From: Candidatus Latescibacterota bacterium
Lineage (GTDB): Bacteria; Latescibacterota; UBA2968; UBA8231
DNA length: 64,000 bases
Assembly (NCBI GenBank): GCA_965197905.1
Contig: CBDAOB010000005.1
Location: 160,001-224,000, forward strand
Direction: 5' to 3'
A program made the translations under genes and the position numbers. The first letter of the stretch is position 1. Each line of letters opens with the position of its first letter. Below, one piece after another: positions 1-8,478 of the stretch. Under the pieces are notes generated by a model. The model saw nothing but the letters and a program-made list of their open reading frames with translations, was not told where the DNA came from and searched no databases.

Positions 1-1296
1 ATCATCGCTGAGCTGGCGCAGGGGGAAGACGAATCTCTACGGCGAGAGTTGGAAATTGATGACCGCATTTATGAGCAAAGAACCGTATATATGCCCGAGA
101 ATGCGCTCGTAAGAATCTACGCTCACGATATCACAGAACTCAGAAGGGCCGAGCAAGCCCTCTCCCGGTTGGCAACCTTCCCCGAGCAGAATCCCAACCC
201 GGTTGTCGAGACAGATCTATCGGGCAACGTGACCTACGTGAATCCCGCAGCGCGGGAGCGGTTTGCCGACTTATCCTCATCCGGACTTCAGCATCCGATC
301 CTAGGCGATCTGGCTTCTATTATTCGCACGCTGAAGGCGGGAGAAGACGAATCCTTCTCGCGGGATCTCGAGATTGAGGGCCGCATTTACCATCAAAGAA
401 CTGTGTACATGGCAGAAAACAATCTCGTGCGCATCTACGCCCACGATATCACCGAGCTCAAACGGTTGCAGGCGCAACTACAGGAAAATCTCGTTCAGTT
501 GGAGCAATCGAATAAAGAACTGCGGGAAACGCAGGTGCAGTTGGTACAGTCGGAAAAAATGGCCGCCATGGCCAACCTTGTGGCCGGTATCGCCCACGAG
601 ATCAATACGCCCATAGGGGCAATTACGAGCGCTCAGGATACGCTAAACCGCGCGGTCGCAAAGCTCCGCGAGATTCTTGCGAATGAGTTTTCTTCCGAGG
701 ATCAAAACGGAAGACGGGTCGAGGCTGCGTTGCAGGCTATTGGCGAGGTTAGCAAAGTAGTGAAAACGGGTTCAGAGAGGGTGGCCGGTATCGTCGAAAG
801 CTTGCGTAACTTCGCGCATCTTGATGAAGCGGAGCTGAAGAGCGTGGACATTCGCGAAGGCCTCGACGACACCTTGAGGCTGGTACAGCACGATCTAGGC
901 GACCGCATTGAGGTATTCCGAAACTACAGCGATGTGCCGCCGATTGTATGCTATCCAGCTCGCCTGAACCAAGTTTTTCTTTGTTTGTTGGTAAACGCGA
1001 TCGACGCCATCGAGGACGGGGGCAAGATCACCATATCGACGCTCAAAAGAGACGACAACCTGCTCGTGATTGTCGAAGACGACGGGATCGGCATTGGGGA
1101 GAATGATCTTGATCAAGTGTTCGAGCCCGGATTTACGACCAAAGGGGTCGGTGTTGGGACGGGCTTGGGATTGTCTATCTGTCAACGAATCGTGGAGGAT
1201 CACAAGGGCAAAATTCAGGTGGAGAGCAATGTGGCTGAGGGCGCCATCTTCACTGTCGTCCTGCCCTACAGTTTTTCCGGATTTTTGTTTAGATAG
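1..1296 (+). CDS. Multi-PAS sensor histidine kinase (5'-truncated by window edge)
   Basis: Frame open from base 1; two near-identical PAS repeats (R.LEI..RIY.QRTVYM.EN.LVRIYAHDITEL); H-box AGIAHEINTP, N-box NAIDA, FTTKGVGVGTGLGL. Confidence 0.9.
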   Translation: MIAELAQGEDESLRRELEIDDRIYEQRTVYMPENALVRIYAHDITELRRAEQALSRLATFPEQNPNPVVETDLSGNVTYVNPAARERFADLSSSGLQHPILGDLASIIRTLKAGEDESFSRDLEIEGRIYHQRTVYMAENNLVRIYAHDITELKRLQAQLQENLVQLEQSNKELRETQVQLVQSEKMAAMANLVAGIAHEINTPIGAITSAQDTLNRAVAKLREILANEFSSEDQNGRRVEAALQAIGEVSKVVKTGSERVAGIVESLRNFAHLDEAELKSVDIREGLDDTLRLVQHDLGDRIEVFRNYSDVPPIVCYPARLNQVFLCLLVNAIDAIEDGGKITISTLKRDDNLLVIVEDDGIGIGENDLDQVFEPGFTTKGVGVGTGLGLSICQRIVEDHKGKIQVESNVAEGAIFTVVLPYSFSGFLFR

Positions 1297-1348
1297 CTGG
1301 AAAATGAGTCGAAGGATGCGCCGGTAATAAGCAAGAATTTGATGAAAA

Positions 1349-1990
1349 TCATGGAGCTCGCGGAGGGTGCATTGGCCGGGGCTCAGGTAGCGTAAGACCG
1401 CTCGCTTTCTTGCCCAGCTCGGCCGAGATATGGGTAAGGTATAAGTTGACTGACTGGCGATCCTTGCCGGAAGAGTGAGCTACCAAAAACCAGGAGTCAA
1501 TGAGGTCGGAATAGATAATCCGGTCGAGCCCGATGCTTGTCCCAGCCTCGTGTGCTCTGAGCACCTCTTGCCACACCTCGTCGCCGAGGATTTGTGGTGC
1601 CGTCACGGTGCGGTTTGCGAAGAGCGACCGAGTCCGAGCACCCATTCTCTTGACATTACCATCCAGATCAACGCGGAACACGGGATCTGGTTTGGCGTCC
1701 GGAAAAGTAGCATAGGCTTCCACATGACGTTGCATGTAGCGTGTGGCTACTCCCGAGACCAGTCCAACGGTGAAGGGGAAGAAGAACGCGATAAATACGG
1801 ACAGGTATAGCAGAAGTGGGCGCTCCTTGCGCTCATAACGCAGCGCTGCCACCGGAGAGAGCCCCCTCAGCCAGGGAACCAGGATCTGCCCATATAGATT
1901 GATGACCGTGCCGACAACCAGAGCCAGCAAGAAGAGTGACGGATCTGCTACCTTTTCAATCACATAAAATAAGATCAGTGACCAATTCAT
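1349..1990 (-). CDS. Membrane protein, NrtS-like N-terminal helices plus PAS-like C-terminal domain
   Basis: LALVVGTVINLYGQ and FFFPFTVG hydrophobic segments resemble the NrtS family; YATFPDAKPDPVFRVDLDGNV matches the PAS entry motif of the neighbouring kinase. Confidence 0.6.
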   Translation of the reverse strand: MNWSLILFYVIEKVADPSLFLLALVVGTVINLYGQILVPWLRGLSPVAALRYERKERPLLLYLSVFIAFFFPFTVGLVSGVATRYMQRHVEAYATFPDAKPDPVFRVDLDGNVKRMGARTRSLFANRTVTAPQILGDEVWQEVLRAHEAGTSIGLDRIIYSDLIDSWFLVAHSSGKDRQSVNLYLTHISAELGKKASGLTLPEPRPMHPPRAP

Positions 1991-2129
1991 CGGCTTTCCC
2001 ACGTGGCTTGCAGGCTGGTTGTGAATTCGACATTTTGACTGGATCTTTCAAGATGACATTGACCACTTCTCAAGCAGGGCAACAGAAGCGACGTCAAACA
2101 ATCTCCCACCGCAAACAATGAGGCGTTTG

Positions 2130-2597
2130 ATGATATCTGACGAACTCGTCCAATTCTTGAAGAAGCCGGTGATGATGGGCGCTTCATCTCGCAATGGGGA
2201 CCTCCGACCACACTCCACCAGAGGTTTCGGCCCGCTGTCCATCTCGGACGACAAAGTGATAACCTTCTACACATCCAAAGCAGCTGAAGAATTCATTGAA
2301 GACTGTAAAACAAGCGGCCGCGTAGCACTCGTCACCTGCGACGCCACGAGCTTTGAGACCTACCAATTCAAGGGTCGTTTTATTATCAGCAGAGAGTGCG
2401 ATGAAAACGATCATGCGGCCGTAGACGAATACGTCGGTCAAGGGAAAGATGTCATAATAGGGATCGGTTTTCCGGAAGAAGCCGTCACCGGTTGGGCAGT
2501 ATGGGAGTGCAAGCCCTGCGTGGCTATCAGCTTTGAGGTCGATGACGTATTCCACCAATCACCCGGCCCCGGAACGGGAGATCCGATCCAAACCTGA
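2130..2597 (+). CDS. Pyridoxamine 5'-phosphate oxidase-like (FMN-binding split barrel) protein A
   Basis: ASSRNGDLRPHSTRG, GRVALV, ETYQFKGR and C-terminal VFHQSPGPGTG motifs; GAGG RBS upstream of ATG 2130. Confidence 0.75.
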   Translation: MISDELVQFLKKPVMMGASSRNGDLRPHSTRGFGPLSISDDKVITFYTSKAAEEFIEDCKTSGRVALVTCDATSFETYQFKGRFIISRECDENDHAAVDEYVGQGKDVIIGIGFPEEAVTGWAVWECKPCVAISFEVDDVFHQSPGPGTGDPIQT

Positions 2598-2608
2598 GGA
2601 GACCATTA

Positions 2609-3004
2609 ATGTCACTGATTCCCGATGAACTGCGTCCAGCTCTACAGGGTATAGTGCCGGCAACAATCGCAACCTGTTCGCTGGAAGGGGAGCCCAATGT
2701 TACATACATATCGCAGGTCTTCTATGTCGATCCGCAACGTGTCGCGCTGTCGTTTCAGTTCTTCAATAAGACAATAAAAAACGTTCGCGAGAATCCAAAT
2801 GCCCACGTAAAGGTGATGCATCCCGAAACCGGTCAAGAGTGGGAGATGGAAATCGAGTATGATCACTCGGCAACCGAGGGCCCGGTGTTCGAGGAAATGG
2901 ACATGCAGCTGGAGGCGATTGCTTCAGTTCAAGGGATGTCTGGAGTGTTCAAGTTGAAAGCTGCCGACATTTACGTAGTGAACTCCGTAAGAATACCTAA
3001 ATAG
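2609..3004 (+). CDS. Pyridoxamine 5'-phosphate oxidase-like (FMN-binding split barrel) protein B
   Basis: QGIVPATIATCSLEGEPNVTYISQV...ALSFQFFNKTIKNVRENP; GAGGAG RBS. Confidence 0.8.
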   Translation: MSLIPDELRPALQGIVPATIATCSLEGEPNVTYISQVFYVDPQRVALSFQFFNKTIKNVRENPNAHVKVMHPETGQEWEMEIEYDHSATEGPVFEEMDMQLEAIASVQGMSGVFKLKAADIYVVNSVRIPK

Positions 3005-3022
3005 TTTCACGAAAGGCAAGCA

Positions 3023-4534
3023 GTGGAGAAGGTAGGAGCGGCCGACCAACTCACCGAGTACCAGAAATCGGTTGAAGATCTTACGGCGACCCTCTCGCGC
3101 AAAGCGAAAGAGATAGAGATCATCCAGGTGATCGCTTCTGACATCATATCTACCCTTGACCTCGACACGATTCTGCAAAACATCCTCTCTTCCATGAAGC
3201 GCGTTCTGGGATTCGAGCATTCGATGATCCTGATGCTCGAGGACAGCGGCGATCTGCTGCGTGTCGTTGCGAGTCAGGGTTTCGAGGCGTCGGGGGTAAG
3301 TGCGACGGTGACGGTAGGCCAAGGGATTATCGGTACTGTTGCCAGGCACAAACGCATGATGCGCATGAACAATATCGGTTACCAACCCTCCTACCTCACA
3401 GCGGTCAAGTCCAGCTTGCAAGAAGAGAAGAAATTGGAAGCGGAGGATGCAGAGGTGCCGTTGCCCGGACTGAGCAACGTTGAAAGCCAGATCGCGATTC
3501 CCCTCATGGTGCAGGAGCGAATTATCGGAGTTTTATCGGTCGAAAGTCCGGTTCTGAACGATTTCGACGAGCTTGATGAAACGCTACTAACGATTCTCGG
3601 CAATCAGGCGGCTGCCGCCATTGACAATGCCCGATTGTACACAGTTGCGGCCGAGCGTTTGGACGATTTAAACGGTGTGAACGTTGAGCTGGCTCAACTA
3701 AACGAGAGCCTTGAGGAAAAGGTAGAGGCGCGAACAGCAGAGCTCTCCGAAACACTTGACGAACTCACGGCTACGCAGAATCAGCTCATCGTAAGAGAAA
3801 AACTCGCGTCTCTAGGACATCTGGTTGTCGGGATTGCGCACGAAATCAATACGCCGGTGGGTGTAGTAAATAGCGCCGGGGATGTGGTGCAGCGATGTAT
3901 CGCTCGAATCGAAGCGGAACTGGCGAAGGAGCAGGGAACGAACCAGACTGATACCGTGCAGAAACCGCTGACGGTTCTGCGGGACAGCGTAGGTTCAATG
4001 CGATCGGCTGGAGAGCGGATTGCCACGTTGGTCCAGAGTCTTAAGACTTTTGCGCAGTTGGATGCAGCCCAGATCAAGATGGCAGACTTAAACGAGGGAC
4101 TCCAAAGCACGATTACCTTGTTGCGGGCGGATCTCCCAAGGGAGATGACCATCGAGGAAGAATATGGCGAGATACCCGAGATCGTCTGTTCTCTCGGCGA
4201 GGTAAACCAGGTGTTTATGAGCTTGCTCCTCAATGCGGTCGAAGCCATTGATGAACAGGGAACGATCCGGGTGCGCACCGCCCCGCAGGATGACTGGGTT
4301 CAGGTGCATATTGTTGACACCGGCAGGGGAATATCGCCCGAGCAACTAAAAACACTCTTCGAGTTTTCGTTCAGCCGCGATCGAGAGCGGGTAAAGATGG
4401 GCGCCGGGTTGGCGACGTCCTACGGTATCGTACAGCGGCACGGCGGAAACATCGAGGTGGAAAGTACGCCGGGCGAAGGCAGCGAATTCACTGTTAAACT
4501 GCCCGTTCGTTCACCCCTGAAGGAGACTGGATAG
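3023..4534 (+). CDS. Cytoplasmic GAF-domain histidine kinase
   Basis: GAF (GQGIIGTVA, SQIAIPL, FDELD..LL), coiled coil, H-box GIAHEINTP, HATPase DTGRGI. Confidence 0.9.
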   Translation: MEKVGAADQLTEYQKSVEDLTATLSRKAKEIEIIQVIASDIISTLDLDTILQNILSSMKRVLGFEHSMILMLEDSGDLLRVVASQGFEASGVSATVTVGQGIIGTVARHKRMMRMNNIGYQPSYLTAVKSSLQEEKKLEAEDAEVPLPGLSNVESQIAIPLMVQERIIGVLSVESPVLNDFDELDETLLTILGNQAAAAIDNARLYTVAAERLDDLNGVNVELAQLNESLEEKVEARTAELSETLDELTATQNQLIVREKLASLGHLVVGIAHEINTPVGVVNSAGDVVQRCIARIEAELAKEQGTNQTDTVQKPLTVLRDSVGSMRSAGERIATLVQSLKTFAQLDAAQIKMADLNEGLQSTITLLRADLPREMTIEEEYGEIPEIVCSLGEVNQVFMSLLLNAVEAIDEQGTIRVRTAPQDDWVQVHIVDTGRGISPEQLKTLFEFSFSRDRERVKMGAGLATSYGIVQRHGGNIEVESTPGEGSEFTVKLPVRSPLKETG

Positions 4535-4656
4535 ACACAGCAGGTGATCGCACGGTCGCACCACGCTCGTGCCCGGATCCGCCCTCGCCCATCGCGCGAC
4601 CGCTGCGTTATTCGGGTCGCCCATCTTCGTATCCCGCCGCAAATCTGCTATTGTTT

Positions 4657-4683
4657 TGAACCTTTCGTCTTTTCGCGTGTATA
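4657..4683 (+). promoter_or_regulatory. Possible ECF-type (autoregulatory) promoter
   Basis: TGAACC...CGTGTATA about 45 nt upstream of the first gene of the ECF operon; resembles generic GAAC/CGT ECF promoters, spacing not canonical. Confidence 0.25.
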
Positions 4684-4725
4684 CAAGGGTAGATTAGATC
4701 TTCACCCTGAAAACAGGTGTTCGCC

Positions 4726-5910
4726 ATGAATGCTGTTCGCGTTTTCGCTGGAATTATCTGTATAGGTGGAATTTCGTTCACAACTGCTCATTCTGCCCAA
4801 CCAGAGTACGTTCATTTGATCCGCAAAGGGAGGCAGATGTCGCAGGAGTGGTATGCAGAACAAGCACGGCTCTGGAAACAGGAAGTCGAAAGACAGCCTG
4901 AGGATGCTGCGTCATGGCGCAACTATTACATGGCGACCGAATATTCTATGTGGCGTACGGATTCCTCTGAAAGAGAGCAAATCCTCGACAGAATCCTTGA
5001 GGAGATGGGAAAGGTTGTGTCTGAGAGCCATGAATATCTCTACCTGGAGGTCAGGCAGTGTTCCTGGAACACGGATAAGCAGGAACTAAATGATCTGTTC
5101 GCCCGCGCAACGCGGCTATGCTCGGCACAACCAGAGTGTGCCGACCTGTACCAAGATCTTGCGGGCAATTTCGAACAGCTTGGGGATCGCGAACGCGCCC
5201 GATCGGCATGGCGGGAGATGTATCGAACCGAGGGCATTCACTCGGCTTTGATCGATTACAACTACAACATGCTGATGTCCACTGACCAGAACGCGATCCT
5301 CATCACCAACGGTGACAACGACACTTATCCAGCATGGATGCTGCAACGGCTCAAAGGAATTCGTGAGGATGTTTTGGTGCTAAACCTCTATCTAAGCAAG
5401 AAGTATCGTTCCTACCTGAGCGGTGAACTGAGCGCAAAAGGAGTTGAAATAGACACGAAGGCCTTGCCGGCGAATGATGCCGACTTTCTCGAAGCTCTTT
5501 GTGAAGCCGTCACCCAGAGTCAGCCGGATGTTCCGATCTACGTCGCCTTGACGGTCGCGTCCCGGTACAAGGAGAGAATCAATGACATGCTCTACGTAAC
5601 TGGCCTCGCTTCGCTCTACAGCGAGGACCGCGCGGACAACATCGCTCTGCTCAGGAGAAATGTGGAAGGCCGCTTCAGATTGGACTACATTCGGCACGAC
5701 TGGTATAGCGAGAATCACATCTCGACGGTACCAGAGGTTTTTCGCCTCAACACAAATTACGCCGTCGCGTTCGTCATGTTGTTCGAGCACTACCAGACCT
5801 CAGAGGAGAGGAAAAGGGCTAACTATTGGAGTGGCCTTGCGCTCGAGGTCGCACGCAAGAGCGGCAATGAAGACTTTCTGAAGGAAATCGAACTGCGGAT
5901 CGATCAGTAG
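4726..5910 (+). CDS. Secreted TPR-like protein with DUF2723/TMEM260-like soluble domain
   Basis: Signal-peptide-like N-terminus; DYNYNMLMS..QNAILITNGDNDTYP.W.LQ...GIREDV.VLNL motif. Confidence 0.65.
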   Translation: MNAVRVFAGIICIGGISFTTAHSAQPEYVHLIRKGRQMSQEWYAEQARLWKQEVERQPEDAASWRNYYMATEYSMWRTDSSEREQILDRILEEMGKVVSESHEYLYLEVRQCSWNTDKQELNDLFARATRLCSAQPECADLYQDLAGNFEQLGDRERARSAWREMYRTEGIHSALIDYNYNMLMSTDQNAILITNGDNDTYPAWMLQRLKGIREDVLVLNLYLSKKYRSYLSGELSAKGVEIDTKALPANDADFLEALCEAVTQSQPDVPIYVALTVASRYKERINDMLYVTGLASLYSEDRADNIALLRRNVEGRFRLDYIRHDWYSENHISTVPEVFRLNTNYAVAFVMLFEHYQTSEERKRANYWSGLALEVARKSGNEDFLKEIELRIDQ

Positions 5911-6507
5911 TTGATGAGTTCAGGAGGGGGAATTCCCCAACTTTCCGACGAGGAGTTGGTGAGGCTGGTTGGCCACAAAGACATCGAAGCCTTCGACGAG
6001 CTTTATCAACGCTACAGCCGCCGCGTGCTGCGCTATCTCTATCGCCTGTTGGGTCACAGAGAACAGGCCCAGGACTGTTTACAGGAAGTATTTCTACGGC
6101 TCATCGAAAAGAATGCATCGATAGATACGAGTCGGAAATTTTCCATATGGATCTTTGCCGTTGCACACAACATGTGCTGCAACGAACGCCGGCGCCGGGA
6201 TGCCAGAGAGAACACTGTTTCCTTAAGTGCAGAGAATTTTGTCCTGGGGACGGAGCAGGACGCAGGTGAGGAGCTACAACAGAAAATGTTTATGGGCGCG
6301 CTATTCAACGAGCTGGCTCGTCTGGATGGGGCTAAACGCAGCACCTTCCTATTGCGCTTCCAGGAGAATTTCACAGTTCGGGAAATTAGCAACCTGCTCG
6401 AGTGCCCAATCGGAACGATCAAATCGCGGCTGCACTATACCTGTCGATTGTTGGCCGACAGATTGAAGGTGTTTAATCCAAGCGAAATTGAAGGAGCAAT
6501 GGAATAA
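5911..6507 (+). CDS. ECF RNA polymerase sigma factor
   Basis: SDEELV, AFDELYQRY, AQDCLQEVFL, FSIWIFAVAHN, region 4 EISNLLECPIGTIKSRLH. Confidence 0.92.
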   Translation: MMSSGGGIPQLSDEELVRLVGHKDIEAFDELYQRYSRRVLRYLYRLLGHREQAQDCLQEVFLRLIEKNASIDTSRKFSIWIFAVAHNMCCNERRRRDARENTVSLSAENFVLGTEQDAGEELQQKMFMGALFNELARLDGAKRSTFLLRFQENFTVREISNLLECPIGTIKSRLHYTCRLLADRLKVFNPSEIEGAME

Positions 6508-7040
6508 TGATAAATCCAAAAGACATCGTCTCTTGCCAGGAAGCTAGAGAGTGGTTGTTCACAGGTAGCTCGGATTCGGTTGAAAGTGTTCAAGAGCGCG
6601 AGCTTCGTCGACACCTCAGAGGATGTCAAGAGTGCCGCGCCTACGAACGCATTCTGACAAGAGTCCAGTCTGAACTGGACGAACATTTTCCCGAGGGACT
6701 GCAGCCGGATCCAGCCATTCAGGACCGACTAAGGAATACCTTGCGGAAACGGGGCTCCCTGGTTTCGGGACTGCGAATTCTGCGACGCCCTGTTCCTGCA
6801 TATCAGGCGGTGTTGGGTGCTGCAGCGGCGATGGTCGCTGTTTTGATCATTAACAACTCGAGCCCCGTCGCACAACGCGCCCACACGCCCAAAAATTCAC
6901 GCAGCGAGTTCGTAGCGGTCGACTCAAGAGAAACGATCGACAAGCTCCGGAAGATAAAAAAAGGTGGAAGAAACCATGCGGAGGACAGCCTCCTAGTAGG
7001 GAAAACTTTTGAATCGTTCGCGTTCGATGGGGCCGGCTAG
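6507..7040 (+). CDS. Zinc-finger (ZAS, zf-HC2) anti-sigma factor
   Basis: HLRGCQEC motif, one TM helix, overlaps the sigma stop codon. Confidence 0.8.
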   Translation: MINPKDIVSCQEAREWLFTGSSDSVESVQERELRRHLRGCQECRAYERILTRVQSELDEHFPEGLQPDPAIQDRLRNTLRKRGSLVSGLRILRRPVPAYQAVLGAAAAMVAVLIINNSSPVAQRAHTPKNSRSEFVAVDSRETIDKLRKIKKGGRNHAEDSLLVGKTFESFAFDGAG

Positions 7041-7150
7041 GGCGGTTGACATTTTCTGCTAATTTCCGACTTTTGGGTTAGACTGGCGGTCGAAAAAACA
7101 ATATCGGAGCGCTCAGCTCCAGCAGGTTAACGCCATACCAGTCCTCGCGG

Positions 7151-7211
7151 CGCCTGCTTATCCCCTTGTCTTCGGACAAGGTAAAGGGATAGGTGGGCGT
7201 TTTTTGTTTTT
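7151..7211 (+). terminator. Intrinsic terminator-like hairpin with cUUCGg loop
   Basis: CGCCTGCTTATCCC-CTTGTC-TTCG-GACAAG-GTAAA-GGGATAGGTGGGCG followed by TTTTTTGTTTTT. Confidence 0.7.
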
Positions 7212-7233
7212 GGCCCAAATGTTCGGAGACGCC

Positions 7234-7407
7234 ATGATCAAGACAGATATTGAATCGGTTCGCAGAGCCGCGAGGATCTACGGCAGCAACAAGGATGCAG
7301 CGATTGCGCTGGGAATCGATCCGCGCAGTTTTTCCAGAATCTGCCGCGAGAATGGTATTCAAACTCCTTATTATCGCAGTCGTCTACGGCGCCGCGGATC
7401 GGGATAG
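7234..7407 (+). CDS. Small basic Fis-like HTH protein, copy 1 (57 aa)
   Basis: GGAG RBS; IESVRRAARIYGSNKDAAIALGIDPRSFSRICRENGIQTPY; paralog at 8066. Confidence 0.7.
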   Translation: MIKTDIESVRRAARIYGSNKDAAIALGIDPRSFSRICRENGIQTPYYRSRLRRRGSG

Positions 7408-7813
7408 TCTTTGCGGCCTCCACGCAGGCAAAGCGAACACAGAACTATGCAGTGCAGTGGGCTCTGGGGGCGCTACCTGACCCATGGAGCGAACTAGTAA
7501 AGTGGTCGCAGGAACATCGCGCCGACAAGACCGAGGACGACTCGATGATCCCGGAGATCATGCAGTTCGCTCGCTGGGCGTTTCAAGAAGCACAAACATA
7601 GCGCCTAATGACCTACGCTAACACGGCGCCGGAGTTGGGGCACTGATCGCATGTCCTAGCTTTCGTCTTGCCGACAACGATCGCAGGCAAGTTGTGGAAA
7701 TATGAAGGTCCCGTAACTGACCAGGCGCAAGGGTTCCCGGAGCACCCATGAGAATCGCTCGATCGGTGCGGTGCATGCTCCCTCGGGAGATCGGCTCAAT
7801 CCCTGAATCAGAC

Positions 7814-7843
7814 TTGACATTGTTCAGAAACGCTAGCTACCGT
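7814..7843 (+). promoter_or_regulatory. Sigma70-like promoter upstream of HTH copy 2
   Basis: TTGACA-N18-TACCGT. Confidence 0.35.
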
Positions 7844-8065
7844 GATCTCCATGAGACTCTGACTCTGAACTGATACAACGCGCGCGGGCGTGGCGATTGC
7901 TCGTCCTGCCGCTTTATACAGGCATGTTCCCATCTACCGAATGCTCTTCGGTGCCCGGGCACCTCCTGGGCCGCGAGAAGCAGAGGTGGGAGTGTGCCTG
8001 TTTCTGTGTACCCAAATTTGACCAATCCGCAAACAAGCTCGAAAACCTTTAGGTGGGAGACCATC

Positions 8066-8248
8066 GTGAAAGAAACACCAATAGAATCCGTACGCCGTGT
8101 AGCCAGGGTTTACGCAACCAATAAGGATGCGGCCGCGGCTCTCGGAGTCGATATCCGCAGTTTCGCTCGCATCTGCAAACGACACATGATCGAGACACCG
8201 TATAAGAGGAGGGTAAAACGAAAATCAAGGGGACGAAGGTCCTCGTAG
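8066..8248 (+). CDS. Small basic Fis-like HTH protein, copy 2 (60 aa)
   Basis: GGGAG RBS then GTG; IESVRRVARVYATNKDAAAALGVDIRSFARICKRHMIETPY. Confidence 0.7.
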   Translation: MKETPIESVRRVARVYATNKDAAAALGVDIRSFARICKRHMIETPYKRRVKRKSRGRRSS

Positions 8249-8478
8249 TTGCATGTTCCACTCAGGGACCGGGGACTTATCGATTCCGCGCACTCTGCTT
8301 GACCCGATTAGCGATAACGCGGTAGGTAGAGGAAAACCACGGGGGGAACATGACCAATTCCGAGCTAATTGAACGACGCGAACGCCAGCGAAGCCTGATA
8401 GAGTTGGCCTGCGAGCAGTCTGAAGCTTTATTTTCCTGACGTAGAAAAACCAATGGACTAGCGCCGAGAGGACATCAG

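Noticed and set aside
7480..7800. Possible gene fragment (WSELVKWSQEH...IMQFARWAF) between the HTH paralogs
   Set aside because: Too short, and no family could be recognised
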